From Gammaproteobacteria bacterium (GTDB lineage: Bacteria; Pseudomonadota; Gammaproteobacteria; Eutrophobiales; Eutrophobiaceae): DNA of 64,000 nucleotides. The stretch covers positions 1,760,001 through 1,824,000 of the forward strand of contig OZ244905.1 in NCBI GenBank assembly GCA_965221695.1, in the 5' to 3' direction. Within the stretch, counting starts at the first letter, position 1; every line of letters starts with the position of its first letter. Positions 29,962 to 39,021 of this stretch are shown here, piece after piece. Made by a program: the position numbers and the translations under genes. The notes below the pieces were generated by a model. It saw nothing but the letters and a program-made list of their open reading frames with translations. It searched no databases and was not told where the DNA came from.

Positions 29962-31515
29962 CTATCGTCGCAACAAGCGCGATAGTATATTGGACCTTTC
30001 AGGGCTCAGGGTATCAAGAGTATTTCTAAGTTCGATCAATTCCGATAAACTACGATTGACCGCACTAGACAAGGCTTCGGTCCTGGTGGACAGTTCCGAG
30101 AGATGCTGGTTGTGATCGGATCCGAGGTTGCGCTGTGTCAAAATCGTCGCCTGTACCATTTCTAGCAATGTCTTGATAGCATCGCGAGCTTCGACAATAG
30201 AATTGACATTATCCATATCCAGATTGGCGATCTGACTATTGCACTCCGTCAAGTATCGCTGTGTGTCTTCCAAGGAGGACGACAGATTTTGCATACAGTC
30301 AACAAAAAGCTTTGTACTCGAATTAATCTGGTCTAACGCAGGTACTATGCGTTGTGCGATGAGTTCCGACGGTATTTCAATTGCCTGAAAACGCTCCATC
30401 AGCGATTTTTCTATCTTTTGGGAAAGGTTTTGTGTTCGGTCGGCAGCAAAGAGACTGGACAGGCGTTGGTGGATGTCAGCAGATATCTGGTCGGTAAGTT
30501 TGCCTACCGTTTCCGACAAACGGGTGAATATCTGGTCAATATGGGAGACAATCAACTCATCAGAAATATCAATAGTATTCAGTTCGTTTGTAAATTTGGT
30601 GATTGACTGAGAAGCGCTGTCAAGTGCTGGAGAGAGTTGGGAACTGACCAGGTCCGAGGGGATGCTGAGAGCATCCGATATTAGTTCATCTAGGCGATTT
30701 ATGTTCACTACCAATTTATTCGTGGCTAATTTTATGCTGGTGTTCATACCGTTCATGGCTTGGCGCGTATTGATTTGTCCTTCTTCAATTGTTTCAGTAA
30801 GGCTTGCAAATATCTGGTCGGTGCGGGTAGTAATCAGGTTAGCCGGGATTTCAATATTCTCGACCTGATTTGCGAATCTCGTGATTGATTGGGAAGCGGT
30901 ATCCAAAACGGGAGACAGTTTGGAACTGAGCAAGTCAGGCGGTATATTCATCATATCCGATACCCGTTTCTCCAATAGATTCGTATTAGTCGCTAGCTTA
31001 TTGGAAGCTGCTTTCACGCTGGTATTCATCTCTTCGAGAGCTAGCCGGGTAGCGAGTTGTCCTTCTTCAACGATATCAGCTGTTTGACGAATTCTGCCTA
31101 TGGTAGCCTCGGCGACTTCAACCAATTCCTCGCGTACCCTATGCTCAATCTGTTCTGATGATTCCCGTCTGAGACACAGCACCCGTAGGAACAATCCCAA
31201 CACAGTAGTAGAAAGACCTATACCCAAATCACCGACAATATGGGTTATAGGCAGTTCGTCTTCAGTAGAAAACCGATACAGAGATACGCCTAGTGTGCAT
31301 ACTGTAAAGATGAAACCCATATAATAGAGGTTGTCAGCCGCCCGTTCGTCTTGGAAGTGTTCGTAAGCCCAAGCCGCCCCTGTATATGCGACTATGAGAG
31401 CGCATAGAACTAAAACCGTGAGCCATGTCGTTGAGTCAAGTGCAATGCGCATAACAACCAGAAGGACAATTCCGGTAATAATGAACCCGGCGAATAACAC
31501 TTTATTGTCTATCAC
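29962..31515 (-). CDS. MotA/TolQ/ExbB-like (ZorA-like) membrane protein with a long helical tail
   Basis: N-terminal TM cluster with YMGFIFTVCTLG and GDLGIGLSTTVLGL; about 400-aa helical tail containing a 94-aa duplication. Confidence 0.6.
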   Translation of the reverse strand: MIDNKVLFAGFIITGIVLLVVMRIALDSTTWLTVLVLCALIVAYTGAAWAYEHFQDERAADNLYYMGFIFTVCTLGVSLYRFSTEDELPITHIVGDLGIGLSTTVLGLFLRVLCLRRESSEQIEHRVREELVEVAEATIGRIRQTADIVEEGQLATRLALEEMNTSVKAASNKLATNTNLLEKRVSDMMNIPPDLLSSKLSPVLDTASQSITRFANQVENIEIPANLITTRTDQIFASLTETIEEGQINTRQAMNGMNTSIKLATNKLVVNINRLDELISDALSIPSDLVSSQLSPALDSASQSITKFTNELNTIDISDELIVSHIDQIFTRLSETVGKLTDQISADIHQRLSSLFAADRTQNLSQKIEKSLMERFQAIEIPSELIAQRIVPALDQINSSTKLFVDCMQNLSSSLEDTQRYLTECNSQIANLDMDNVNSIVEARDAIKTLLEMVQATILTQRNLGSDHNQHLSELSTRTEALSSAVNRSLSELIELRNTLDTLSPERSNILSRLLRR

Positions 31516-31516
31516 T

Positions 31517-32272
31517 TCAGTGTACGCCAGTTATCTTGGTAACGGAGTTCACGTAACCGCCACAGACTCCCAAGTATTCGTCCCACCAGGAGACAAGCGC
31601 ATTATCCTGAGTGGATCGCTCCGGACGTGTGGGCATAAGGATGTCGATTTGAAAACCATCCAGCATAGGGCATTGATCGTGAAAGCGTCTTCGATTGGAT
31701 TGGTAAACCGTTAGCCAGTCCGGATTGTATTGCGATAACGTCTCTGAGTATTCAATGAGGTCTGATACCAACAAGATGTATTGGGATGAGTCATCCCGTT
31801 CCCGGTCCGCAGCAACCCAGCCTAGAGATGCTACAATAGGAGATTCATTACGTGTTCCCTGTAACTGTTCCAGTGCATTGTTCAAAAACTCTTTAAAACT
31901 GGCATCTTTCAAGCGTTGAAATATAGGCGTATCCTGAAGCTCCTTTCCTGGCTTACACAAATGAAAAATTGGTGGTTGAGCAATCGATTCCACGGTGTAA
32001 ATCTTAATGCGATCATAGACCTCCAGCGCATCAACCCTATCCCAAACCCTGTTCACGATAGAGCGCTGCTGTGTCGCGCCGTAATTTTCCGTAGCATCAA
32101 GCAGTATGGACAGGGTAACGGCAGTGTGTCCTTTTTCTGCCGGACAATAAGTATCATCATCAGTTCTTGGTGATTCAAAGATGAATAACGCACATATCGC
32201 AGCTAAGGCAACTATGGACAGGATAATAAATAAGTTCCTGGCAACGGACGTTTTCTTCTTCCTCCGTCTCAT
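31517..32272 (-). CDS. Membrane-anchored vWA-like domain protein
   Basis: Basic N-terminus plus TM; ILLDATE, NESPIVASL and ILLVSDLIE resemble MIDAS-like strands. Confidence 0.55.
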   Translation of the reverse strand: MRRRKKKTSVARNLFIILSIVALAAICALFIFESPRTDDDTYCPAEKGHTAVTLSILLDATENYGATQQRSIVNRVWDRVDALEVYDRIKIYTVESIAQPPIFHLCKPGKELQDTPIFQRLKDASFKEFLNNALEQLQGTRNESPIVASLGWVAADRERDDSSQYILLVSDLIEYSETLSQYNPDWLTVYQSNRRRFHDQCPMLDGFQIDILMPTRPERSTQDNALVSWWDEYLGVCGGYVNSVTKITGVH

Positions 32273-32280
32273 AACAGTTC

Positions 32281-33756
32281 CTAAGATATCGTGATAGTAA
32301 GTGGGTCAAGGAGAACGATTTCTTTAGACGACTTAATATTGTTTATCATATCTTTAAACTGCTGATTTAACTTGGTGGTGGTCTCGAGTAACTGTTTAAT
32401 GAGAATCTCCTTGCGGTCTTCTATATTGTCTGATGGAAGCTCAAAAATTGCTATCGTTATTCGAGACAACTGTGGCTCGCGTTTGAAATAGGTCGGAGCC
32501 GGTGTCTTCCTGTATTTCGTATTGGTCTGCCGATACTGGTATATCAGTTCCTGATAATCATCGTTAAGGGCATGGCAGGTGCGTTCACATTTTCCTTGGA
32601 ACGCGTTGATACTGGCTATAAGTTCCTGCTCACGGGAAAAGCTGTCAACAAGTTTGCGTTTTTCACATTCTATGTCGTTTGTTCCCTTCTTGCGTAGTTC
32701 TTGGTGTTTTTCTATTGCTTCAGACATTTCCGTATCGTATTTATTCCGCTGTTTATGATAGCGTCGGGCTTTTTCTCCATACTGAGGATAACGATCATCT
32801 TTTGTCAGTCCTTCCCAATAGCCAAAGAGAAAAATGAAAAGTCCTGCGATAGCCAGTAGCACTGACCATACATCGTTAATTCCTAAAGGCGATGCCCAAA
32901 AATCATGTAAGGCGGTGACGCCTATATTTGATATCTGATTATTCAACTCTGTCAGGATTGCGACACTATCCTGCTGAGAACTTACGGTCAACTTTAGCGC
33001 TGCGGAGCGATAATGGCCCATTAACAAATTCAGCCCAATCCCAAAGATTATTGTAAAACTTGTTACTATCAATCCAATGCTCTTTTTTTGAGGATGTCGC
33101 GCCCATGGATAGCTGCTCCAGCGTCCTCCAAATTCATTAGCGATCAAAAGTGGAAGCCAACAATTAAGAACGCAGTACATGATCGATAGAACAAGGACCA
33201 TAGGCAACCCTCCGCTCTCTCTTAAAAGGAATACGGTGATCACCACTTCTATAACAAACGCAAATAGCATCATTAGCCAGCAAGTCCATGGATCCTGATA
33301 TACCGGAGTTCTATCTAACAATTGATGCTCATGACGGAAGTGGCGTAATTCATCGGCAAGGGATCTCAGATTATCAGCGTTCTCAGCTAACGATGCCTGA
33401 ACTGCTTTTCCTTCAATGATAACCTGATCACCCAATGCCTGTAGTTTATCCTGGACTACATCAACGTTCCAGGATGCATGTATTTTTGAAAGCCTGGAAG
33501 TGTTCCTTTGTTGGCGATCTTCGTAGTTCTGCATATATTCGCGCATGCGTTCTTCACACTTTTTGCGAATTGTCTGTTCCGTAGAGGTTTCTTCGTCTGA
33601 CGCGGACGCAGGATGTTCGTTTGCTCCATCGATCTGCGCTTGCTCAATCAAGTGTGTTGACCTGTAGATTTCCTCTTTGTCGAGAGGCGGGAACGGGCTC
33701 AGGATATCTGCTTGGTCGGGTTCCGTATTGCCAAACAAGCGTCGGAACCATTTCAT
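32281..33756 (-). CDS. Four-TM protein with N- and C-terminal coiled coils
   Basis: 491 aa; TMs at about aa 157-205, 226-245 and 296-315, followed by DDRYPQYG; first gene of the operon. Confidence 0.75.
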   Translation of the reverse strand: MKWFRRLFGNTEPDQADILSPFPPLDKEEIYRSTHLIEQAQIDGANEHPASASDEETSTEQTIRKKCEERMREYMQNYEDRQQRNTSRLSKIHASWNVDVVQDKLQALGDQVIIEGKAVQASLAENADNLRSLADELRHFRHEHQLLDRTPVYQDPWTCWLMMLFAFVIEVVITVFLLRESGGLPMVLVLSIMYCVLNCWLPLLIANEFGGRWSSYPWARHPQKKSIGLIVTSFTIIFGIGLNLLMGHYRSAALKLTVSSQQDSVAILTELNNQISNIGVTALHDFWASPLGINDVWSVLLAIAGLFIFLFGYWEGLTKDDRYPQYGEKARRYHKQRNKYDTEMSEAIEKHQELRKKGTNDIECEKRKLVDSFSREQELIASINAFQGKCERTCHALNDDYQELIYQYRQTNTKYRKTPAPTYFKREPQLSRITIAIFELPSDNIEDRKEILIKQLLETTTKLNQQFKDMINNIKSSKEIVLLDPLTITIS

Positions 33757-33925
33757 CGGATTTTCTCTGGGCTGGTGTGAATCACATATTGCTTCATGAC
33801 GACAGTGTCTTGATTATTATTTTGGGATGAGTATGCATACCCTGCCTTCCCCCTGACAGCCCTTGCGCAATTCAGTTAAATTGGTAATTGGACAAAAGGA
33901 TAATCTCTTGCCCCGAGTTATTCAA

Positions 33926-33961
33926 CTTCTAAAACCTCTTCTAAAACCACTTCTAAAACCA
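33926..33961. repeat. 12-bp tandem repeat x3
   Basis: CTTCTAAAACCT CTTCTAAAACCA CTTCTAAAACCA. Confidence 0.9.
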
Positions 33962-34287
33962 TCGCGACATAAACCTGGAGTAATGTTCCAGACATTTGTC
34001 ACTGTATCAGCGTATTTGCCCTCAACTATCCCATTAATGTCAGAAAATCAGTTTATGTCGTGACTGGATGTTGAAATGTTGCTCAATCCAATCCGTCCAT
34101 CAAAAATGTAAGATACGATATACAATCTTTGAGTTTTCTCATTATAACGGTGCGGATTCACCAACTGTAAACACACAATGGTTTTATTGAGTGTTACAGG
34201 AAAAATAAGGAAGTTCTAAAGATAAAGGGTTAGTATTTGATATGCCTTACCAGAGTTTCTCTCGGCGGGTAAGACAGGACTCATATA

Positions 34288-34656
34288 TCAATAGGATGCA
34301 AAGTCACAGCTCAGCTTGATGCCGGTAGCTTTGGCAACGGGCAAAATTGCTCGACTGCCGGGAACCTTTTGCAGGTCAACCAGGCCATATCGCTCAAATG
34401 TTTTTAACGTTCTACTCAGGTTGCTGCTCTTTCGTCCGCTTAATTTTTCCAGATCCTTGATGCTGGACGGTTTCTGTTCCGCAATCATTTTCAGTAAACG
34501 AACATTGTTATCACTCAACACCTCACTAAATGATTTCATCGAACTGAACCATATTTTCGGTTCTCCTCGACCTGGTTTAACACGACCACCAGCAATGTCC
34601 AATACCCGCTTCTCAAATCGTTCTCTTGGCATAATACCGACATGTAAATTAGCCAT
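34288..34656 (-). CDS. HTH antitoxin/regulator (HVO_A0114/TumA-like)
   Basis: IWFSSMKSFSEVLSDNNVRLLKMI...SIKDL...GRKSSNLSRTLKT motif. Confidence 0.82.
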   Translation of the reverse strand: MANLHVGIMPRERFEKRVLDIAGGRVKPGRGEPKIWFSSMKSFSEVLSDNNVRLLKMIAEQKPSSIKDLEKLSGRKSSNLSRTLKTFERYGLVDLQKVPGSRAILPVAKATGIKLSCDFASY

Positions 34657-34668
34657 GCTTTTTGCCTC

Positions 34669-34883
34669 TTAATCCAGGACAGCACTCTGTATTCTTTTTG
34701 TCACTTCATTAAAAAAATCTTCTAACAATTGTTCGGCACTCTCAAAACTGTAAGGAGTTCCTGGATCATCTTTGCGATAATGAGCGTGATCATATTCCAC
34801 AATACGGCCCTTATACTTCCTGCGCCCCTTTCCAGGCGGCGCATGGGCATTATCGAATGTAGACCGATATCCATGGTATCCAT
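34669..34883 (-). pseudogene. Truncated DUF6516/TumE-like toxin
   Basis: Keeps FDNAH...YDHAH...PYSFESAEQLLEDFF; the plausible start MDTMDIGL (ATG 34883) is out of frame with it. Confidence 0.65.
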
Positions 34884-34891
34884 ATATTAAC

Positions 34892-34908
34892 TTATCAGCA
34901 GTTGATAA
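34892..34908. promoter_or_regulatory. Putative TA operator palindrome
   Basis: TTATCA-N5-TGATAA between a minus-strand TATAAT (34913-34918) and the ATG at 34883. Confidence 0.5.
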
Positions 34909-34989
34909 TAATATTATAGTCTGAAACCTGAAAAAGTAAAGTCCCCCTTCAGAAATAGGGATATTGTTTACGCTATAGTCCCCTTTCAA

Positions 34990-37056
34990 TTAAAATGGCT
35001 TCCTCACCGACACCCCGCCATACACGTTCAGGGTCGGCGCCGGCTCAAACACTCTGCCGCCGAAGCCATTCAGGCGCAGGTTGGACATGTATTTCGTGTC
35101 GAACAGGTTATTGATGCCGATGAACGGCGATAATTCAACTCCGCCGAGCTGAAAGGTGTGTCCGGCTCTCAGGTTTGATACTTCATAGGAATCGGAAATA
35201 ACGCTGTTGGTGTTATTCACTGCCAGGTCGTCCACTGCGAGGATATCCCAGCTAAGGTAGAACCCCGAATCATGGTTGTACGCCAGTTCCGCAAAAAACT
35301 GGTTTTCCGGTATGCCAGGCAGCATCTTGCCTTCCGCCGCCATGTTGGTGGGGAAACTGTCGAACTCGAAGTCGGAATAGGTGTACGACGCGGTCAACCG
35401 CAAGCCGTCCACGATGTCAACAACGATAGATGCTTCGATGCCATTGCGGTCGGTATCGGCATTTTCAAAAAATGAGCGATTGCCGATATTGGATACACTG
35501 ACCACCTCGTCTTCCACTTCCATTATGAATCCGGCGATATCGAAGTATACGCGCCCGCCGATGAGTCCTCTGGCGCCTATCTCGAAACTGTCGGCGTTCT
35601 GCGCGTCCACGGAAGCAAACCCACCCAGGTTCACATTGAGATTGCGCGCCGGGTTGGCCAGTTCGGTAAAGGTGGGCGTCTCGAAAGCGGTTGCGTAATT
35701 AAAATAGAGGCTCACCGCATCCGTTGCCGACCAGGTCAGACCGACGCTAGGACTGAATTCATCGAAATCCAGTTCGCCGGACTGGTCGGCGTTGGCCAGG
35801 AAGCGATCCTTGACGGACAGGTCCACCATGTCATAGCGGCCGCCCAAGGTAAGTTGCAGGTTATCGGCCAGGGCCAAGCTGTTGCGGATGTAAAACCCGT
35901 AAGCTTCCGCTTCTTCCAACTGGTCGAATGATAAAGCGCCTTTAATTCCAGCGTCATTAGAGTAGCGTTGCCGATCGTCTTCCTGGATGTCGATGTCGAA
36001 ACCAACACTAAACTGGTTGGGAAGGCCGAGTAATTCTCCCGTGTAGGTATATTGAGCGCCGCCACCGAAAAAGAATCGGTCGAATTCGACGACACCGTCA
36101 TCCGAGACGAAGCGGATATGGGACCCTATAGGCAGAAAAGTCTGGAAATCCCGCCACAGGTAGTAATTGCGCACCCTGATCTCATGGTCCTCGCCGAAAC
36201 TGTGGCGATAGATCCAACCGACCTTTTGCTGTTCCAGTTCCTCCCCGGAGTTGGAACTCAGGTTCCTGGGTTGGGCCTGGCGCCGGTCCGCTTCCACGTC
36301 AGCCGACCTGATACCGCCTGCATCGTCCGCCTGCGGGGAGTCCACCAGGTTGAAGATCACTGTCAGGTCGGAGTCATCATTGAATTCATAGCGGAACTTG
36401 CTGTTCACCAGTCCGTGCTCGACCCTGGAGTTGTCGCGATAGCCATCGTTCTCCATGTAAGAACCATTGACAAGGTAATTCAGTTTACCGGTCTGCCCGC
36501 CGAACTTGAGTTGATATTTTTGGTGGTCGTATTCCCCCACTGTCACCCTGGCTTCGGCAAACGGCGTCTCCGGACCATCCTCGGTATATAGACTCATTAC
36601 GCCGCCGGAGGCGCTGCCGTACAGTGAGGAAGAAGGCCCGCGGATGACTTCGATGCGGCCTACCGAACCAATATCAATGTCATCAACGCCGCTCTGGCCG
36701 TCGGCCAGGGTTGCCGGCAGATCATCGACGAATACCTTGATACCGCGAATACCGAAGTTTGCGCGTGCGCCGAAACCCCGGATCGCTACCCGCAGGTCCT
36801 GGGTAAAGTTATAACGGTTCTGGAAGAACACGCCGGGCACCCGGTTCAGTGATTCGTCCAGGCCCAACTGCTGTCGTCCGGCCTGGATGGTGTCCTGCTC
36901 CACCACGCTGACCGCGCTGGAGACATCAGCCAATGACTGGTCCAGGCGCGTTGCGGTAACGATTACTTCGTCAAGCTCAGTGACTGCGTAACCGGATGTA
37001 GAAAAGATCAGTATACCCGCGGCGACTGACCGTATGATAAAACGTTGATTTTCCAT
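34990..37056 (-). CDS. TonB-dependent receptor (YncD-like)
   Basis: LDEVIVTATR, IRGFGARANFGIRGIK, IEVIRGPSSSLYG and C-terminal Phe. Confidence 0.93.
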   Translation of the reverse strand: MENQRFIIRSVAAGILIFSTSGYAVTELDEVIVTATRLDQSLADVSSAVSVVEQDTIQAGRQQLGLDESLNRVPGVFFQNRYNFTQDLRVAIRGFGARANFGIRGIKVFVDDLPATLADGQSGVDDIDIGSVGRIEVIRGPSSSLYGSASGGVMSLYTEDGPETPFAEARVTVGEYDHQKYQLKFGGQTGKLNYLVNGSYMENDGYRDNSRVEHGLVNSKFRYEFNDDSDLTVIFNLVDSPQADDAGGIRSADVEADRRQAQPRNLSSNSGEELEQQKVGWIYRHSFGEDHEIRVRNYYLWRDFQTFLPIGSHIRFVSDDGVVEFDRFFFGGGAQYTYTGELLGLPNQFSVGFDIDIQEDDRQRYSNDAGIKGALSFDQLEEAEAYGFYIRNSLALADNLQLTLGGRYDMVDLSVKDRFLANADQSGELDFDEFSPSVGLTWSATDAVSLYFNYATAFETPTFTELANPARNLNVNLGGFASVDAQNADSFEIGARGLIGGRVYFDIAGFIMEVEDEVVSVSNIGNRSFFENADTDRNGIEASIVVDIVDGLRLTASYTYSDFEFDSFPTNMAAEGKMLPGIPENQFFAELAYNHDSGFYLSWDILAVDDLAVNNTNSVISDSYEVSNLRAGHTFQLGGVELSPFIGINNLFDTKYMSNLRLNGFGGRVFEPAPTLNVYGGVSVRKPF

Positions 37057-37124
37057 CTTGGCTCCCCTGAGAAAAATGTAATATCCGGCAGAAAACGTGC
37101 CAATTCAGTGAGAGATATTATAAA

Positions 37125-37153
37125 GGAACCTCTGAGATTAAGTCAGAGCTTCC
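37125..37153. repeat. Short palindromic MITE/REP-like element
   Basis: GGAACCTCTGAGATTAAGTCAGAGCTTCC. Confidence 0.88.
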
Positions 37154-37179
37154 TTTGGATGGTCACTCGTCAGAAAAAA

Positions 37180-37590
37180 CTACGACGGCATCATCTTCGG
37201 ATGAGATACCATCTCCACCTGTTCACGAGTCCATGGTTGAGCACTGTCGCAGTAGATTTCCATGACCGGCCTGACCCAGGATGCGTCGTCCAGGGTGCCC
37301 GCCTTGAGAACAGTGATGGTAGCTACTGCCGATGGTTCGCTGGTGATAACCGACGCGCAGCGCCCGCAGAAATTGCGGTCCAGGGTATTTCCGCTGTCTC
37401 CGGTATCCACATAGGTGGTCATTTCACCGTGGATATCCACGGATCCTCTCGGCATAACCAGGTTTAACGAATATGCCCCGCCACTTTGCTTCTGACAGTT
37501 GATGCAATGACAGATCACCGTCGCCAAGGGGTCTGCCGCGCTCGTGTAACGAATGTTGCCGCACAGGCAACCGCCTTCAATCTTTGCCAT
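37180..37590 (-). CDS. GFA/CENP-V family protein
   Basis: GGCLCGNIRY, CHCINCQK and FCGRC motifs. Confidence 0.93.
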   Translation of the reverse strand: MAKIEGGCLCGNIRYTSAADPLATVICHCINCQKQSGGAYSLNLVMPRGSVDIHGEMTTYVDTGDSGNTLDRNFCGRCASVITSEPSAVATITVLKAGTLDDASWVRPVMEIYCDSAQPWTREQVEMVSHPKMMPS

Positions 37591-37649
37591 GTTTTTCTCC
37601 TGATGGATATTAAAGTACGAGCCTCACCTGGTAAGTATAGGCGAATTAA

Positions 37650-37803
37650 GGAACCTCTGAGATTAAGTCTTAGAGGTTCCTACGATACAAGGATGTATCG
37701 TCAAAATCAATGACTTTAAGGCATTGATTTTGTGGGGAAAACAAAAATCGCATTTTTGTTTTCCGTACTCTGACAAGTCCAGGATGGACTTGTCAGAGTT
37801 TCC
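37650..37803. mobile_element. Long multi-hairpin MITE, copy B (154 bp)
   Basis: TTAA-GGAACCTCTGA ... TCAGAGTTTCC-TTAA with the same five hairpins as copy A. Confidence 0.88.
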
Positions 37804-37820
37804 TTAATATCTCAGTTCCG

Positions 37821-37849
37821 GATAACTCTGAGACTTAATCAGAGTTTCC
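37821..37849. repeat. Short palindromic MITE/REP-like element
   Basis: GATAACTCTGAGACTTAATCAGAGTTTCC just after copy B. Confidence 0.75.
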
Positions 37850-37896
37850 TTTAAGAGGTTATTGAGAATCTGAATATCTGCAAAGCTACCCGCTCT

Positions 37897-39021
37897 TCAT
37901 AATTCCTTGGCAGCTTGTTTGTGAACCTCCAGCAGCGCCGGGATGGTTTCCGGTGGGCGGCGGCCGAAACCGCATTCGGTACTGATACCGAAGTCTGTTT
38001 TGTACTGCTTTGCAACGTCGATACGCGTTGTTGTGCCTTCAACCCCGTCGGTGAGATGTACCAGGCCCAGGTATAGGTGTGTGGCGTCGCTGAGTTGTTG
38101 CAATGGCCGGTAGTAGGCATCATCTTTTCGGTCCCGCGGCGCCGGCATGTGCACCCAGTTGACCTTGCGCCCTGCATGCTTAACCGCTTCGTTGGCCAGG
38201 TGGACGCAGACCGACAGGTCGCGTGGCTCGAATATATGCTTGTGACCGATGTCGCCATAGCAAAAATGGATGCCGAACTCGACCTCGGGCGGGACATTGG
38301 CGGCAAAGGTTTTCAGGATTTGTCGAAAGCGTTTATCAGGGCTCCCCATCAGCAGCTTTGCCAGCAACGGTATTTTCATCGGTAGCTTGTGGCCGGTGAT
38401 TCGTGCCTCATGTTCCAGCACACTGCTTACGTTATCCCACTGTATGGCCAGGTCCTCGGGTGGTATTACCTCCAGCATGCGCCTGATATCCGCGGCCATT
38501 GCGTTTTCATAGGCGGGAATGAAATAGCGCATATCAGCAAAGCGATCCACAAACAAGCACATGCCGTCCACGACCGCCGGCAACGACACCTGGAACCTGA
38601 CTCCTGCGGGGATGATGCCCTGCTCGCGGACTGCGCAAAAAGTCTTGTAGGACTCGATAGCCGCTTCAGCGTACCCGAGTGTTTCAAAACGCAGAGTCTT
38701 GACTCCGTTGCGCAGACCGAATTTCCATAAATCCGACGCGTCGTTGGCCATCGGTATCCAGTCCTCACTGGGATTTCGCCATTCAAGCGGGTTGTCCGGG
38801 TCCACCGGCGGCGGGCGCAATAGGGTGACCACATCCGGATGCCTCGCATAAACAGTATGAGCAAGGTGGCTGATGTACTTGGAACGGTTACCCGTCTCAC
38901 CATCCGGGATTCTTGCGAGGAAGTTTCCGACGGCTGCGCAACACTTGTGAAATACCTCGCCGGCATTGTTACCGGCGATGCTGCCGACAAAATGTATCCT
39001 GTTTCTGTCAGCTATCTTCAT
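37897..39021 (-). CDS. MetE/UROD-like TIM-barrel protein
   Basis: HFVGSI, IPDGETG, RFQVSLP, HFCYGD and STECGFGRR; H-x-C...C resembles the MetE2 Zn ligands. Confidence 0.7.
   Translation of the reverse strand: MKIADRNRIHFVGSIAGNNAGEVFHKCCAAVGNFLARIPDGETGNRSKYISHLAHTVYARHPDVVTLLRPPPVDPDNPLEWRNPSEDWIPMANDASDLWKFGLRNGVKTLRFETLGYAEAAIESYKTFCAVREQGIIPAGVRFQVSLPAVVDGMCLFVDRFADMRYFIPAYENAMAADIRRMLEVIPPEDLAIQWDNVSSVLEHEARITGHKLPMKIPLLAKLLMGSPDKRFRQILKTFAANVPPEVEFGIHFCYGDIGHKHIFEPRDLSVCVHLANEAVKHAGRKVNWVHMPAPRDRKDDAYYRPLQQLSDATHLYLGLVHLTDGVEGTTTRIDVAKQYKTDFGISTECGFGRRPPETIPALLEVHKQAAKEL

Noticed and set aside
28800-31515. Ordinary flagellar MotAB or ExbBD/TolQR
   Set aside because: The A subunit has a ~400-aa tail, the B subunit lacks OmpA/ExbD domains, and no flagellar, tonB or tolA genes are nearby.
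33776-33840. TGTGAATCACA and GTATGCATAC palindromes as CRP or operator sites
   Set aside because: The spacing does not fit CRP (TGTGA-N6-TCACA), and 10-11 bp palindromes are expected by chance in 64 kb.
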